This document shows, one piece after another, positions 38,025 through 47,401 of a stretch of DNA of 62,122 nt. The notes below the pieces were generated by a model. It was not told where the DNA came from and made no database searches. It saw only the letters and a program-made list of their open reading frames with translations. The first letter of the stretch is position 1. Each line of letters begins with the position of its first letter. Made by a program: the position numbers and the translations under genes. The stretch is from a virus (Duplodnaviria; Caudoviricetes): positions 1 to 62,122 of IMG/VR virus record IMGVR_UViG_3300031152_000001. The stretch is one strand, 5' to 3'.

Positions 38025-38405
38025 CTAGTTGTCGCGGGAAAGTCCCTCGATATTGTTCTGGAACACGCCGCCCATCGGGCCACCGTTGTGTGCATACAAC
38101 GGCGCATTCGACCCTGAACAGCCCGGACCGGTCCACGCCCGCCACTGCTCGGCGGTGTTGTTGTAGACGTAGCTGGTCTTGTTCCGCATGTTGGAGTCGA
38201 GATAGACGCAGGGTCCACCGGCCGGGATGATGTTCCAGACGAAGTTCCAGAGCTTCCCGGCACAGGTGTCTGTGCCGTCCCAACCAGCGATGTAGCCCGG
38301 AGTCGGCGTGCACGGAGCGGCTTGGGCGGACTCGCTGTTAACAGTTGCGAGACCGAATCCAAGCACCAGGGGAATTGCGAGAGCCGTGAGCTTACGCATT
38401 TGCAC
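38025..38405 (-). CDS. Secreted peptidase inhibitor I36-like (beta/gamma-crystallin-type) protein
   Basis: Signal peptide; C...W...CVYL...NKTSYVYNNT...WTGPGCSG. Confidence 0.7.
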   Translation of the reverse strand: MQMRKLTALAIPLVLGFGLATVNSESAQAAPCTPTPGYIAGWDGTDTCAGKLWNFVWNIIPAGGPCVYLDSNMRNKTSYVYNNTAEQWRAWTGPGCSGSNAPLYAHNGGPMGGVFQNNIEGLSRDN

Positions 38406-38450
38406 TCCTTAATGGAGCCGGACTCGCCAGTAGCGAGTCCGGCCCTCTAC

Positions 38451-39500
38451 CTAACAGGCGTTGACGGTGCCCACTGCCGTGTTGGTGCTGTTGGAGCCCG
38501 GACCGCCGTAGTAGAACGTCCGGTTGGACGCCTTGCTCACGGTGATCCGGCCGAACACCGGACTGGCCGGGATGGTGCGCACGGAGAGATCCAGCGGCGG
38601 GTTGGTCGTCGCGTTGCCGAAGAACCGCACCGAGCCGAAGAACGCTGCCGGGATCGCACCGAGCGAGCCCTGGTTACCGCGCCCCATGTCCGAGCAGTAG
38701 TAACCGGCGTGCGGCGAGGCACTGTCGTACGTGATCTCGCCGAACACCTGGTTGAAGTCGGCCGTACCGTTCCGCAGACCGGAACCGACTGGGAACACCA
38801 TCTTGCAGACGTAGCCGACCCAGCCGCCGTTGTAGGCGAACCACCAGGCACCGGTCGAACCGCTGCAGGACGTCGTGCCGTCCCACTGGATCGCCCAGGA
38901 CTTGTTGGTGTTGATGTCCGCCGCCGGGATGTCGTCGCCGGGCTCGTTCGCCGTGTTGCGCCCGGCGTAGAGCGTAACGTTGGCGTTGTAGCCCGCGAAG
39001 ACCCCGTTCACCCAGGTTCCGACGAAGAACTTGGAGTTGCCTCCGCCGTACGACTTACGGAGACCCCACTCCATCTGCTGCGCCTGCGAGTCGGAGCTGA
39101 TCGTCCACTCCGCGATCGAGTGGCCATCCAACAGCGGGTCTTTGTCGCTGAAGGACACGAACGGGTTGATGCCGGTCATGTTGCCATCGATGCCCGTGTT
39201 ACTCAGGGCCTGCGAACCGACGCCGTACTCACGGGTGATCGTTCCCAGCGTGGAGGGCAGCTTGGGGTTCCGGGGCAACGCGTGGTTGTCGTTGGCCCAG
39301 CGGCCCTGCGTGCCCGGCCGGTCCGCTGCACTCGGGCGCTTGGCGGGCCAGATCAGCTCGCTGTGCGAGTCACGCGGCTGGGCATCACTCACGATGCCCT
39401 TGCTGTCCTCTGTGGCCAGTGCCGGGCTGGACCCGACACCGACCGCACCGGCGAGCAGAGAGATCGACAGAGCGATGCTGCCGACCAATCGCTTCAACAT
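38451..39500 (-). CDS. Secreted neprosin-family glutamic prolyl endopeptidase
   Basis: Signal peptide; HSIAE, QMEWG, WWFAYNGGWVGY, FGEI, SDMGRG. Confidence 0.8.
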   Translation of the reverse strand: MLKRLVGSIALSISLLAGAVGVGSSPALATEDSKGIVSDAQPRDSHSELIWPAKRPSAADRPGTQGRWANDNHALPRNPKLPSTLGTITREYGVGSQALSNTGIDGNMTGINPFVSFSDKDPLLDGHSIAEWTISSDSQAQQMEWGLRKSYGGGNSKFFVGTWVNGVFAGYNANVTLYAGRNTANEPGDDIPAADINTNKSWAIQWDGTTSCSGSTGAWWFAYNGGWVGYVCKMVFPVGSGLRNGTADFNQVFGEITYDSASPHAGYYCSDMGRGNQGSLGAIPAAFFGSVRFFGNATTNPPLDLSVRTIPASPVFGRITVSKASNRTFYYGGPGSNSTNTAVGTVNAC

Positions 39501-39541
39501 GGGTACTTCCTTTCTCAACCCAGCCGGATGGCTGGGAGCTT

Positions 39542-39880
39542 TCAGCTGGGGGCGCTGGGGTATCCGCTGTCCATCGAGGTTCCCTCGGGCCTGCGGTACC
39601 CGCCGTCCGGCGTCATCCCCTTCTCTGCCTCCATACGCCTGTGCGCGGCAACGCTCGCCGGATCGGCAACCAGGACGTAGTTGAGCGCGTTCAACAACTC
39701 CTCCATCGCAGGCGGCAGCGCGAAGTAGGTGAGCTTGGCCTTGGCGAGGGTGAGTGCCAGCTGACGGGCGGTCTCCTCGGTCAGCCCGAGGTCCCAGCAC
39801 CGGGCATCGTAGATCCCGCCCAGGCCCTTGCTGGCGAATTGGACGGTACGCCCATCCCAGAAACGCGGTTGTACTGGCAT
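39542..39880 (-). CDS. Hypothetical protein
   Basis: 112 aa, GGAGGGACC SAS variant. Confidence 0.6.
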   Translation of the reverse strand: MPVQPRFWDGRTVQFASKGLGGIYDARCWDLGLTEETARQLALTLAKAKLTYFALPPAMEELLNALNYVLVADPASVAAHRRMEAEKGMTPDGGYRRPEGTSMDSGYPSAPS

Positions 39881-39935
39881 GATTGGTCCCTCCTGTAGCT
39901 AGGACAACAGCTTATCGGATCGGAAACTTCTGCCG

Positions 39936-40127
39936 CTACTCAGGCTTCCAAACCGCCATAGCCTGCTCCAGGAGCGGTCGGCGCTTCGGATCGGTACTGG
40001 GCAACTTGGCAGTAGCGCGGATCTTGCTGCGGAGGGTCGGCGGCAGGCGGTACCAGTGCTTACGACAGGCCAGTTCCAAGTCTGAAACCCTTGTGGTGCA
40101 AGACTTTCCCGGGCAGCGGTGGCTCAC
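39936..40127 (-). CDS. Small Zn-finger-like protein
   Basis: HRCPGKSC...ACRKHW. Confidence 0.6.
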   Translation of the reverse strand: MSHRCPGKSCTTRVSDLELACRKHWYRLPPTLRSKIRATAKLPSTDPKRRPLLEQAMAVWKPE

Positions 40128-42421
40128 TCGTCCTCCTCATCCTCGTTCTCATCGTCGTCATCTTCAGGATCAATCACGATCAGTCGCTTGACGTAGATGG
40201 AGGCGCCAAAGCCGCCCTGGGACTTCCGAGCCTCCACCCAGACCACATCGATATCCTCCCGCAACTCCTCCAAAGCCTTTCGGTACAAGGGGAAGTCGTA
40301 TCGGGTGATGCGGACATAGACGTCCTCGCCGCCATCGTCGTAGCAGTGCAGCGTGCAGGAGGTCGCCAGATCCGGCCGCTTCAGTCGAGCCCTGATGACG
40401 TCCAGATCATCACCGGTCCGTGACCGCTCATCCTCAATGACGTCCTTATATTCCTTGAGCTTCGCCATACCGACGAAGTAGACCCGGGTGTCTCCGGTCA
40501 GGTCCAGGATCTTGTCAGAGTTGGCGTTCGGAACCGGTAGCGGGATCGAGCGCTCTGCAATCGCGATCCGCACGGAGTCGAGCGCCATCTGCACCCGCAT
40601 GAGCCCGAACGGGTCATCACCGTCGATCTGCGGCCGCATCTTCTCTAGCTTGGCTGGGCCGATCCCGTTGACCGGCAACAGGTCATCAGCCACCTTCAGG
40701 AGGATGTGCGGGTTGGCCTCACGATAGGCGATGATCTTGTCAGCCAGCGAGTCCCCAACCCCGGTCAGCTGCAGGAAGCCCGCAGCCACACCACCGCCGG
40801 AGGTCGGTGTCCAGGTCAGCCCGGACTCCATCAGGTGGACGCCAGAGATCGGGATGCCGTGTGCCTCCGCGTCGCGGATTAGCTTGGGCCACTTCTCTTC
40901 CTTGATCTTGGAGAGCTGTGCGGCGTAGAACGCGGCCGGGTGGTGGACCTTCATCCACATCGCCCAGTAGCCGATCTGTGTGTAGGCAAGGGAGTGCGAG
41001 TAGACGAATGCATACGAAGCAGAGGTTACTACCCGGCTCCAAACCAGGGACGACAGCTCACGAGACGCGCCGTGTAGCTGGCGCGCACCGTCAGCAAACG
41101 CCTCGAAGGAAGAGTTGAACGCAGCCTCGCCTAGCTTCTTGCTGATGATGCGCCGGATATCGTGTACCTTCCGAACCGGCAGCCCACCGAACCGCGAGAG
41201 AGCGTGCAGGATCTGCTCCTGGTAGATGATCTCTCCCTTCGTGGGGGCCGAGATCTCGTCGATCACCGGATGCACCAGACGCGGCTCCGCCTCGCCGCGC
41301 TTCACCTTGATGTAGTCTGCGGTGGTGCCCGAGAACAGAGGTCCCGGTCGGGAGAGCGCGTTGACGTCGATGAGCTCAAGGAAGTTGTCCGGCTTGAGAT
41401 CCCGACCCACGAGCCGCGTGGCCCGGCCCTCAAACTGAAAGACGCCGTGCACGTCGTTGTCGTGGAACGCTGCGATCGTCGCGGGATCGTCCAGCGGTAG
41501 CCGGTACAACTCCTCCAGTCGCATGTCGGCGAACCGGAGCGCTCTCGCCAGCATTCCCATAGTAGTCAACCCAAGCAAGTCCATCTTCATCAGGTTGAGA
41601 TACTCAGCGTCATACTTGTCGACCGCAACCGCGGTGATCTCGCGCTTCTTGACGATCCGGGTGTACTGCGCGGTGATGTCTGAAATCGGCTCGGTACAAA
41701 CCACGACTCCGGCCGAGTGCGTACTCATCGACCGGTAGTCACCCTCCAGATCGATCGCAATCTGGATCTCCTTGGGGTACTTGGCGTAGATCTCCTTGGC
41801 ACCCTCGAACATGTCGATCGTGTCGCCCAGTGCCGCGTCTGCGCGGGAGTCACCGCCAGACCGTTCGACAATCATGCCCTTCAGTCGCTCGATGTCGGAC
41901 CGGAACGAGCCACCGACGGCCCGGTGCACCGTGGCCACGTCCTTGAGGGAGTTCTTGCCCTTGTACTTGGTGAAGGTACCGATGTTGCCGACGTATGCCT
42001 TGCCGTACTTGGTCTCCACATAGGTGCGGACCTCGTGCCGCCTCTCGTCCTCGAAGTCCACGTCAATGTCCGGCAGGTCCTCACGCGTCGGGTCGATGAA
42101 GCGCGAGAAGTCGGTGAGTGGGAAGTCGAGCGGATCCGGCTCGGTGATCCGTAGCAGCCAACAGACAACCGAGGCAGCGCTGCTGCCTCGGCCGGGTCCG
42201 ACTGCGATGCCCTGATCCTTCGCCCAGCGGAGGATGTCGCTCACCATCAGGAAGTACGAGACGAATTCCTTTGGGATGATCTGCGCCATCTCATGCTTGA
42301 TCTGGGCGAGGTACCGATCCGTGCCGTTGCGCGTCGGGTCCCAGCCCTGCCTGACCCGGTAGGCCCAGCCCTCCCGCAGCCACGCCCAGAGCAGGTCTAC
42401 AGGCTCGATCGGAGTGCTCAC
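40124..42421 (-). CDS. dnaE: DNA polymerase III alpha, catalytic part
   Basis: GPGRGS, PDIDVD, HSAGVV, KMDLLGL, GVFQFE, RPGP, YQEQ. Confidence 0.93.
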   Translation of the reverse strand: MSTPIEPVDLLWAWLREGWAYRVRQGWDPTRNGTDRYLAQIKHEMAQIIPKEFVSYFLMVSDILRWAKDQGIAVGPGRGSSAASVVCWLLRITEPDPLDFPLTDFSRFIDPTREDLPDIDVDFEDERRHEVRTYVETKYGKAYVGNIGTFTKYKGKNSLKDVATVHRAVGGSFRSDIERLKGMIVERSGGDSRADAALGDTIDMFEGAKEIYAKYPKEIQIAIDLEGDYRSMSTHSAGVVVCTEPISDITAQYTRIVKKREITAVAVDKYDAEYLNLMKMDLLGLTTMGMLARALRFADMRLEELYRLPLDDPATIAAFHDNDVHGVFQFEGRATRLVGRDLKPDNFLELIDVNALSRPGPLFSGTTADYIKVKRGEAEPRLVHPVIDEISAPTKGEIIYQEQILHALSRFGGLPVRKVHDIRRIISKKLGEAAFNSSFEAFADGARQLHGASRELSSLVWSRVVTSASYAFVYSHSLAYTQIGYWAMWMKVHHPAAFYAAQLSKIKEEKWPKLIRDAEAHGIPISGVHLMESGLTWTPTSGGGVAAGFLQLTGVGDSLADKIIAYREANPHILLKVADDLLPVNGIGPAKLEKMRPQIDGDDPFGLMRVQMALDSVRIAIAERSIPLPVPNANSDKILDLTGDTRVYFVGMAKLKEYKDVIEDERSRTGDDLDVIRARLKRPDLATSCTLHCYDDGGEDVYVRITRYDFPLYRKALEELREDIDVVWVEARKSQGGFGASIYVKRLIVIDPEDDDDENEDEEDE

Positions 42422-42693
42422 CGGGCAGCCCATACCCAGACAGTCCGCGCGCTTTGCGTGTGCTCTGCGCAGACGGTGTGCTTGCCGTCTCGGGAGTGGT
42501 AATTGGATTCCCAACCCGCCTCCGGCGTCCGGCTGAACAGGACCAGACCGGCCTTCTCTGCGACCGCAGCTACCGACTCCTCCACTATATGCCGTTCCTC
42601 AGCCAGGTAGTGCGTGGAGATTCCCCAGTCCGTCTCGTAGGGCATCCGCGGCATAGTGGCGTATCGCTTCCCCATCACTCCTCCCAGATCCAC
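42418..42693 (-). CDS. Hypothetical protein between dnaE halves
   Basis: Overlaps catalytic-part start (GTGA). Confidence 0.5.
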   Translation of the reverse strand: MDLGGVMGKRYATMPRMPYETDWGISTHYLAEERHIVEESVAAVAEKAGLVLFSRTPEAGWESNYHSRDGKHTVCAEHTQSARTVWVWAAR

Positions 42694-42869
42694 ACCGGCG
42701 ACGAACCGGGGAACTGCTCGCTGCTCAGCTCAACAGAGATTGCGCCGGACCGCATCCAACCCGCTCTCGGCTCGGCTTTGGGAAGCTCCATCGTCTTGCT
42801 GACGATCCTCCCGGCTGCCTCAGCGGTCCAATCCGGGGAACGGACAAACCAACAGATGCGCTTCACCAC
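42675..42869 (-). CDS. Hypothetical protein between dnaE halves
   Basis: 64 aa overlapping PHP stop. Confidence 0.4.
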   Translation of the reverse strand: MVKRICWFVRSPDWTAEAAGRIVSKTMELPKAEPRAGWMRSGAISVELSSEQFPGSSPVWIWEE

Positions 42870-43768
42870 TTCATCTCCTCTGCTGTTGCGGGGTACTGGA
42901 ATCGGGGCGCTTTGGGGAGAACAACGTCACACCGTTCTGCGATACGCGCCGTGTTCCGGCAGGCTTCAACTGCTGCAGCCGGAGATAGACCTGCTCTGCA
43001 TAGGCGTTCATATACCTCAGCATCGCTGCGCGGAATGTAATCCGGCACCTCATATTCCCAGCCCTCCATCTGCTGCGCGATCGTGTTGGCTCCGCGCCCG
43101 GCGGCGTGCTTAGTCGCGCGGATCTCGTGCTGTCCCGGCACCAGAGTGTGGACATCGCACGTGGCAACGAGCGGGACACCCAACTCCCGGCCCATCCTCT
43201 CCCAGGAGGCATTGAGTTCCAGCGCACGGGGTAGCTCCGGAAACACCTGGCACTCCAGGTAGTACCGGTCCCCCAACAGATCCTTCATCCGCCCGGCAAG
43301 ATCCAGCGCACGTTCCCAAGAAGCATCCGCTTCCGGGATTGACTTGCCCCCTAATAGACTGCAGCTCAAGAGGGAGTCTGCACACCCAGATGTGGCTATC
43401 AAACCCTCTTGGTACCGAGCCAGGGTCTTCCCCGTCACCGTTGGCCATCGGTAGTAGTCCTCCCAGCTCTTCGTCACAATCCGGTACAAGTTGGATAATC
43501 CAACTTGGTTCATCGCCAGGATGGTCTGGTGGAACTTCCGCGCATCCTGCTCGCCGGTCGCGGTGTAAGCCTCTAGCCCGAACAGCGGCTTGATGCCGTG
43601 CTTGAGGCAGGCCTTCTCGTGCTGGACGTGTCCGGAGACGTTGCCGTGATCCGTGATAGCCAGCGCCGTCATCCCATAGCCCGCAGCGACCTCCGCGTGC
43701 TCCGCAGGGGTGCCTAGCGCGTCCTGGTAGGAGAACGTGTTATGGTGATGGATCGAGACGAACTTCAC
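42863..43768 (-). CDS. dnaE: DNA polymerase III alpha, PHP domain part
   Basis: HHHNTFS, AITDHG, GLEAY, ATCDVH. Confidence 0.9.
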   Translation of the reverse strand: MKFVSIHHHNTFSYQDALGTPAEHAEVAAGYGMTALAITDHGNVSGHVQHEKACLKHGIKPLFGLEAYTATGEQDARKFHQTILAMNQVGLSNLYRIVTKSWEDYYRWPTVTGKTLARYQEGLIATSGCADSLLSCSLLGGKSIPEADASWERALDLAGRMKDLLGDRYYLECQVFPELPRALELNASWERMGRELGVPLVATCDVHTLVPGQHEIRATKHAAGRGANTIAQQMEGWEYEVPDYIPRSDAEVYERLCRAGLSPAAAVEACRNTARIAERCDVVLPKAPRFQYPATAEEMKW

Positions 43769-43940
43769 GTTTGCCCTTTACTCGGTAGCTCCACTTGCAG
43801 TTCGTGCAGCGCTGGTCCACGTAGGCTACCGAATCCCGGAGCCTGCGGATATGCCTTCCAAAGGATGAACCAGGAAAGAGTCCCCCGCACCGCCTACAAG
43901 AGGCAGCGAGAAGGACTCTGTTTCCGAGCGTGATCCTCAT
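43740..43940 (-). CDS. Small CxxC...CxxC protein
   Basis: CRRC, CTNC. Confidence 0.45.
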   Translation of the reverse strand: MRITLGNRVLLAASCRRCGGLFPGSSFGRHIRRLRDSVAYVDQRCTNCKWSYRVKGKREVRLDPSP

Positions 43941-44479
43941 TGTCTGGCAGGTGTCGGACCGGTCTGGTATTGGTAGTGCGAGTTCAGGCCTGCGTCGCCG
44001 TACATCCGCTCCACCCCGCCTTGCAGGAACTGGAAGCTGACCTGGGCGATGCACATCCCGGGCACCAACTGCAACCTGGAGTGCCCGTCATTCTTCAGTT
44101 CCAGCGTGATATCACCGATGAATCCGGGATCGATGAACCCCGCGGAGTGCACCGAAAGGAACTGCCGCGCCCAGCTGGACTTGCCCTCGACTCGCGCCAC
44201 CACGTTGTCGGCACGCATCTCGAAGGTCTCCACGAGCGACGCCAGCACGCACTCACCCGGCGCCAGCGAGTAGCCACGGGTATGCGACATCGTGATCTTC
44301 TCGCCGCAGGGGTGCCGGATCAACAACGCGCCGAGCCGAACGTCCAGCGATGCGGGCTGTACCTGAGACTCCAGGATCTCGCCAAACTCGCGCCGACCGC
44401 CCGGCACGTACACAGTCGGCTTGGCGCCGTTGCTCGGCCAGCAGATCTCGCGGATGCCCTTGTCGGGAATCATCGTCAC
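43937..44479 (-). CDS. dcd: dCTP deaminase
   Basis: QPASLDVRLG, EGKSSWAR, AGFIDPGF, ITLELKN, YQYQ. Confidence 0.9.
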   Translation of the reverse strand: MTMIPDKGIREICWPSNGAKPTVYVPGGRREFGEILESQVQPASLDVRLGALLIRHPCGEKITMSHTRGYSLAPGECVLASLVETFEMRADNVVARVEGKSSWARQFLSVHSAGFIDPGFIGDITLELKNDGHSRLQLVPGMCIAQVSFQFLQGGVERMYGDAGLNSHYQYQTGPTPARQ

Positions 44480-44823
44480 AGCAGTCCCATTTCCTTCATC
44501 TTGAGGAAGCACATCAGATCATCGATATGGCGCTGGGCGTTCTGTGAGTGCCAGCGACCGGTCTCCAGAGCATCCTTCAATGCCAGGTTATCGCCCTTGA
44601 TCTTGGCGCGCTGCACCACGTCGATGATGCCGGAGGAGTCCAGCCACGAGTTGATCGAGGTGTTCAGGCCCTTCCACTCCGAATTGGACTTGTCAGCGGT
44701 GTGCTGTGCAGTCCGGATTGCTTCCCACTTCAGCCGGATCCAACGACGGTCCTCTCCTGTGAACCGCACAGGCGGACTGCCCGGTGCTCCTCGCGCCCAC
44801 GAGTTGGGGTCTACGGGCTGCAT
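44476..44823 (-). CDS. Hypothetical protein
   Basis: Coupled to neighbours; start MQPVDP. Confidence 0.55.
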   Translation of the reverse strand: MQPVDPNSWARGAPGSPPVRFTGEDRRWIRLKWEAIRTAQHTADKSNSEWKGLNTSINSWLDSSGIIDVVQRAKIKGDNLALKDALETGRWHSQNAQRHIDDLMCFLKMKEMGLL

Positions 44824-45389
44824 CAGCTCTCCCCTCGAAACCATTGGCCGAATTTGACCCAGTGCTCTTCCAGCGTCCTCTGCCGGTTGACATCCCCGAT
44901 CGCCCACCGCGGATGGATCATCGGCCAAAGGGTCCGGTCCTGCCCCAGCGGGTAGGGTTTGCCCGCGTGCGCTAGGACTCCGCCCTGAATGTGCGGCGCA
45001 AGCGCCTCTCGGGCCGTTCCGCCCACCGCTACCAGGGTTGCGGGCGACCCTAGCGCGGCGTACTCACGCCGGAGGTACGGCCGGGACGCATCGATCTCGT
45101 ACCACTCCGGCGTGCGGTTGTTGGGCGGTCGGTACTTGACGGTGTTGGTGATGAAGTAGTCCTCGGACTGCAGCCCGGCACAGTCCCGGATCAGCGACCG
45201 GAGCGCCACTCCACTCGGCCCAACGAATGGCCTCCGCTGGGTGTTCTCCAGCGCACCCGGAGCCTCACCCACGATGAAGACTTTCGGCTGGGAGCTGCCC
45301 TCTCCGGGCACCAGAACGATGCCGTCTATCCGGAGCTTGTCGAAGGACTGGTCACACCGATAGTCCTCGTACACATCTGCGAGGCTCAC
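44823..45389 (-). CDS. Uracil-DNA glycosylase family 4-like
   Basis: GEAPG, RPFVGPSG, ITNTVKYRPPNNRTP, IHP. Confidence 0.88.
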   Translation of the reverse strand: MSLADVYEDYRCDQSFDKLRIDGIVLVPGEGSSQPKVFIVGEAPGALENTQRRPFVGPSGVALRSLIRDCAGLQSEDYFITNTVKYRPPNNRTPEWYEIDASRPYLRREYAALGSPATLVAVGGTAREALAPHIQGGVLAHAGKPYPLGQDRTLWPMIHPRWAIGDVNRQRTLEEHWVKFGQWFRGES

Positions 45390-45874
45390 ACGATCAGCTC
45401 CGGGTCCTGCTGCCGAGCCTTGACACATACCGGGCAACCGTCGTAGCCGTGTCCGGTCACCGTCTTGAGGTACATCGGCTTCAAGGGCTCCTGGTACCCG
45501 TAGCTATGCTCCTCGGCGTGCATCGCGAGGAGGGTGCAGGGCATCTCGTCGCCGCTGTCTGAGATGTAGACCTCCGGGCAACGTGCGGCCTTCTGCTGCA
45601 TCAGCAGCAGGTCCCGCGTCAGGAAGAGGTGGCTGATGAGATCGTCGATGATCTCCAGCGGCTGCTCACCCTCCAGCGTCTCGTCGTCCCAGAAGGCTTT
45701 CTTCAGCTTCCAGATCTTCCGCCAGATGTCGGCGAACTGCCCGCGGAGCCCCAGCACGGTGTGCGGCTCGAAGGTCACCACGGAGTTGCTGTTGTAGTCC
45801 CTGGAGTTGCGCTCGAATCCCTTCAACCAGATAGGCACCCAGTTGTCGCGGATCCGCTCGAATGCAGTGGTCAC
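45386..45874 (-). CDS. Nucleotide-modification-associated domain (DUF1599/Nmad1-like)
   Basis: RDY...GLRGQFADIWRKIWKLK...GE..EIIDDLI. Confidence 0.6.
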   Translation of the reverse strand: MTTAFERIRDNWVPIWLKGFERNSRDYNSNSVVTFEPHTVLGLRGQFADIWRKIWKLKKAFWDDETLEGEQPLEIIDDLISHLFLTRDLLLMQQKAARCPEVYISDSGDEMPCTLLAMHAEEHSYGYQEPLKPMYLKTVTGHGYDGCPVCVKARQQDPELIV

Positions 45875-45880
45875 GTCGGA

Positions 45881-46567
45881 CTACCTCCCGCCATTGACAG
45901 CGATGATCTCGCCGGTCTGCGCCGCCGGGCCGAACAGCACCTGCTCGATGACTCCGGCGACTTCTGCTTTGGTTATCTTTCTACCTAACGGAGTGGATTG
46001 CCGCTCGTACTCCTCGGCGAATTCTTTGGTCCATCCGCGAAGCTCCAGGACACGCCGATCCACGTACTCCGTCATTGGCGTGTCCTCCACCTTGCCCGGT
46101 GCGACTGCGTTGATGCGCCAGCCCTTCGGCGCGTACTCCCGTGACGCTACGCGGACCGCCATCTCAGCAGCCGCCTTGGAAGCACAGTAGACCGCGGAGG
46201 TTCGCATCGGTCGCCAGGCGGCATCCGAGGTCACGGCTACCAGGTTGATCGGACCGTCGGTCTCCTCATCCAGCACCCGAATCACGTTGAGGAGTCCGTA
46301 GACGTTGGCCTCCATTACCTCCTGGAAGTCGTAATACTTGAGGTTGCGGATCCAGTCCAGTTTGTTGGCGCCGACGGAGTAGACGACATCAGTCGGGTGG
46401 AAGGTGTCAGCCAGAATCTTGCGGATTGGAGTACGGTACTTGACGTTGAAGTCGCCATATCCAAACGCAGCGTGGTTGTCCCACTTGTCGCCGTACCGGC
46501 CCACCAGGCCTTCATAAGCGGCCTGTCCAATTCCTGAGGTCCCACCAAGCACCCAGAGGTTACGCAT
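45881..46567 (-). CDS. SDR oxidoreductase
   Basis: GGTSGIG, YCASK, INAVAPG, NGG. Confidence 0.9.
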   Translation of the reverse strand: MRNLWVLGGTSGIGQAAYEGLVGRYGDKWDNHAAFGYGDFNVKYRTPIRKILADTFHPTDVVYSVGANKLDWIRNLKYYDFQEVMEANVYGLLNVIRVLDEETDGPINLVAVTSDAAWRPMRTSAVYCASKAAAEMAVRVASREYAPKGWRINAVAPGKVEDTPMTEYVDRRVLELRGWTKEFAEEYERQSTPLGRKITKAEVAGVIEQVLFGPAAQTGEIIAVNGGR

Positions 46568-47204
46568 TCCAGCGCTCCTTCCAATCCCTGATTCCATCCA
46601 AGCAGAGATGCCTCATGTCGTCGATCCCCTTAGCCCGCAAGAGCCAAGGGAAGTGGCGATTGTAAGGCTGATCCCGAAGGATCGGCTGGTTCCAAGCCGA
46701 TCCGAACTGCCCTGCCTCTCTTGCAGCAACAACCATTTCGGGAAGGTCATCAACAATTGCTGCAACGCGTGTTGTGGCCTGATCCCAGAGCTCATCGTAT
46801 TTGTTGCGGGCCTCATCAAGCGGATCGAAGATCACCGCATCGTACTCGATCTCGTTGCGTCGCAGCCATTCCCGGGTGTCAGGATCCACGTTGTCCAGCC
46901 GGAGGTACGGCCTAGTGGTGCAGATCCACACCTCGGCCCCTGCCGATCGGATCTCACGGGTGAGTTCGGATGCGCCCGGATACACCGGCATCCAGCGTTT
47001 CCAGCCGCCCTGGCGGTAGGCCAGCTTGGCGTCCCGGTAGTCGCGCTGCGAGATCTTCATCCACTCCCAAAGCGGCAGTCCCGGGTTGTCGCCGAGCCTC
47101 CAGGCCCAGTCGTCCACGTCAAAGTACCTGCGTGCGAACTCCAGGAAGTTGGAGTGATAGTCGCCCAACGTCCCGTCAATGTCGAGCGCCACAATTGGCT
47201 TCAC
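46560..47204 (-). CDS. HAD-family 5'(3')-deoxyribonucleotidase-like
   Basis: DIDGTL, CTTR, VDD, PYN. Confidence 0.8.
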   Translation of the reverse strand: MKPIVALDIDGTLGDYHSNFLEFARRYFDVDDWAWRLGDNPGLPLWEWMKISQRDYRDAKLAYRQGGWKRWMPVYPGASELTREIRSAGAEVWICTTRPYLRLDNVDPDTREWLRRNEIEYDAVIFDPLDEARNKYDELWDQATTRVAAIVDDLPEMVVAAREAGQFGSAWNQPILRDQPYNRHFPWLLRAKGIDDMRHLCLDGIRDWKERWNA

Positions 47205-47401
47205 CGAACCTCCCTCACATGGATCTTGCGGACGTTAGCCAACGGGATCCTGATGTAGTCCATACGCCGATCGTGGCCGTGCTCGTTGATTTCGATGTCG
47301 ATGCTTCCTGCGGAGTCGGTTTGACCGGCATGATGGAATCGGGTGCTGACTATGTTATCCGTCACCCCATCCATCCATTCGATCTCATACACCCATCTCA
47401 T
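47201..47401 (-). CDS. Hypothetical protein
   Basis: MRWVYEIEW..., ATGA overlap. Confidence 0.5.
   Translation of the reverse strand: MRWVYEIEWMDGVTDNIVSTRFHHAGQTDSAGSIDIEINEHGHDRRMDYIRIPLANVRKIHVREVR

Noticed and set aside
42421-42863. Intein or group I intron in dnaE
   Set aside because: Stop codon after the PHP part, no intein termini, and the gap is filled by overlapping small ORFs
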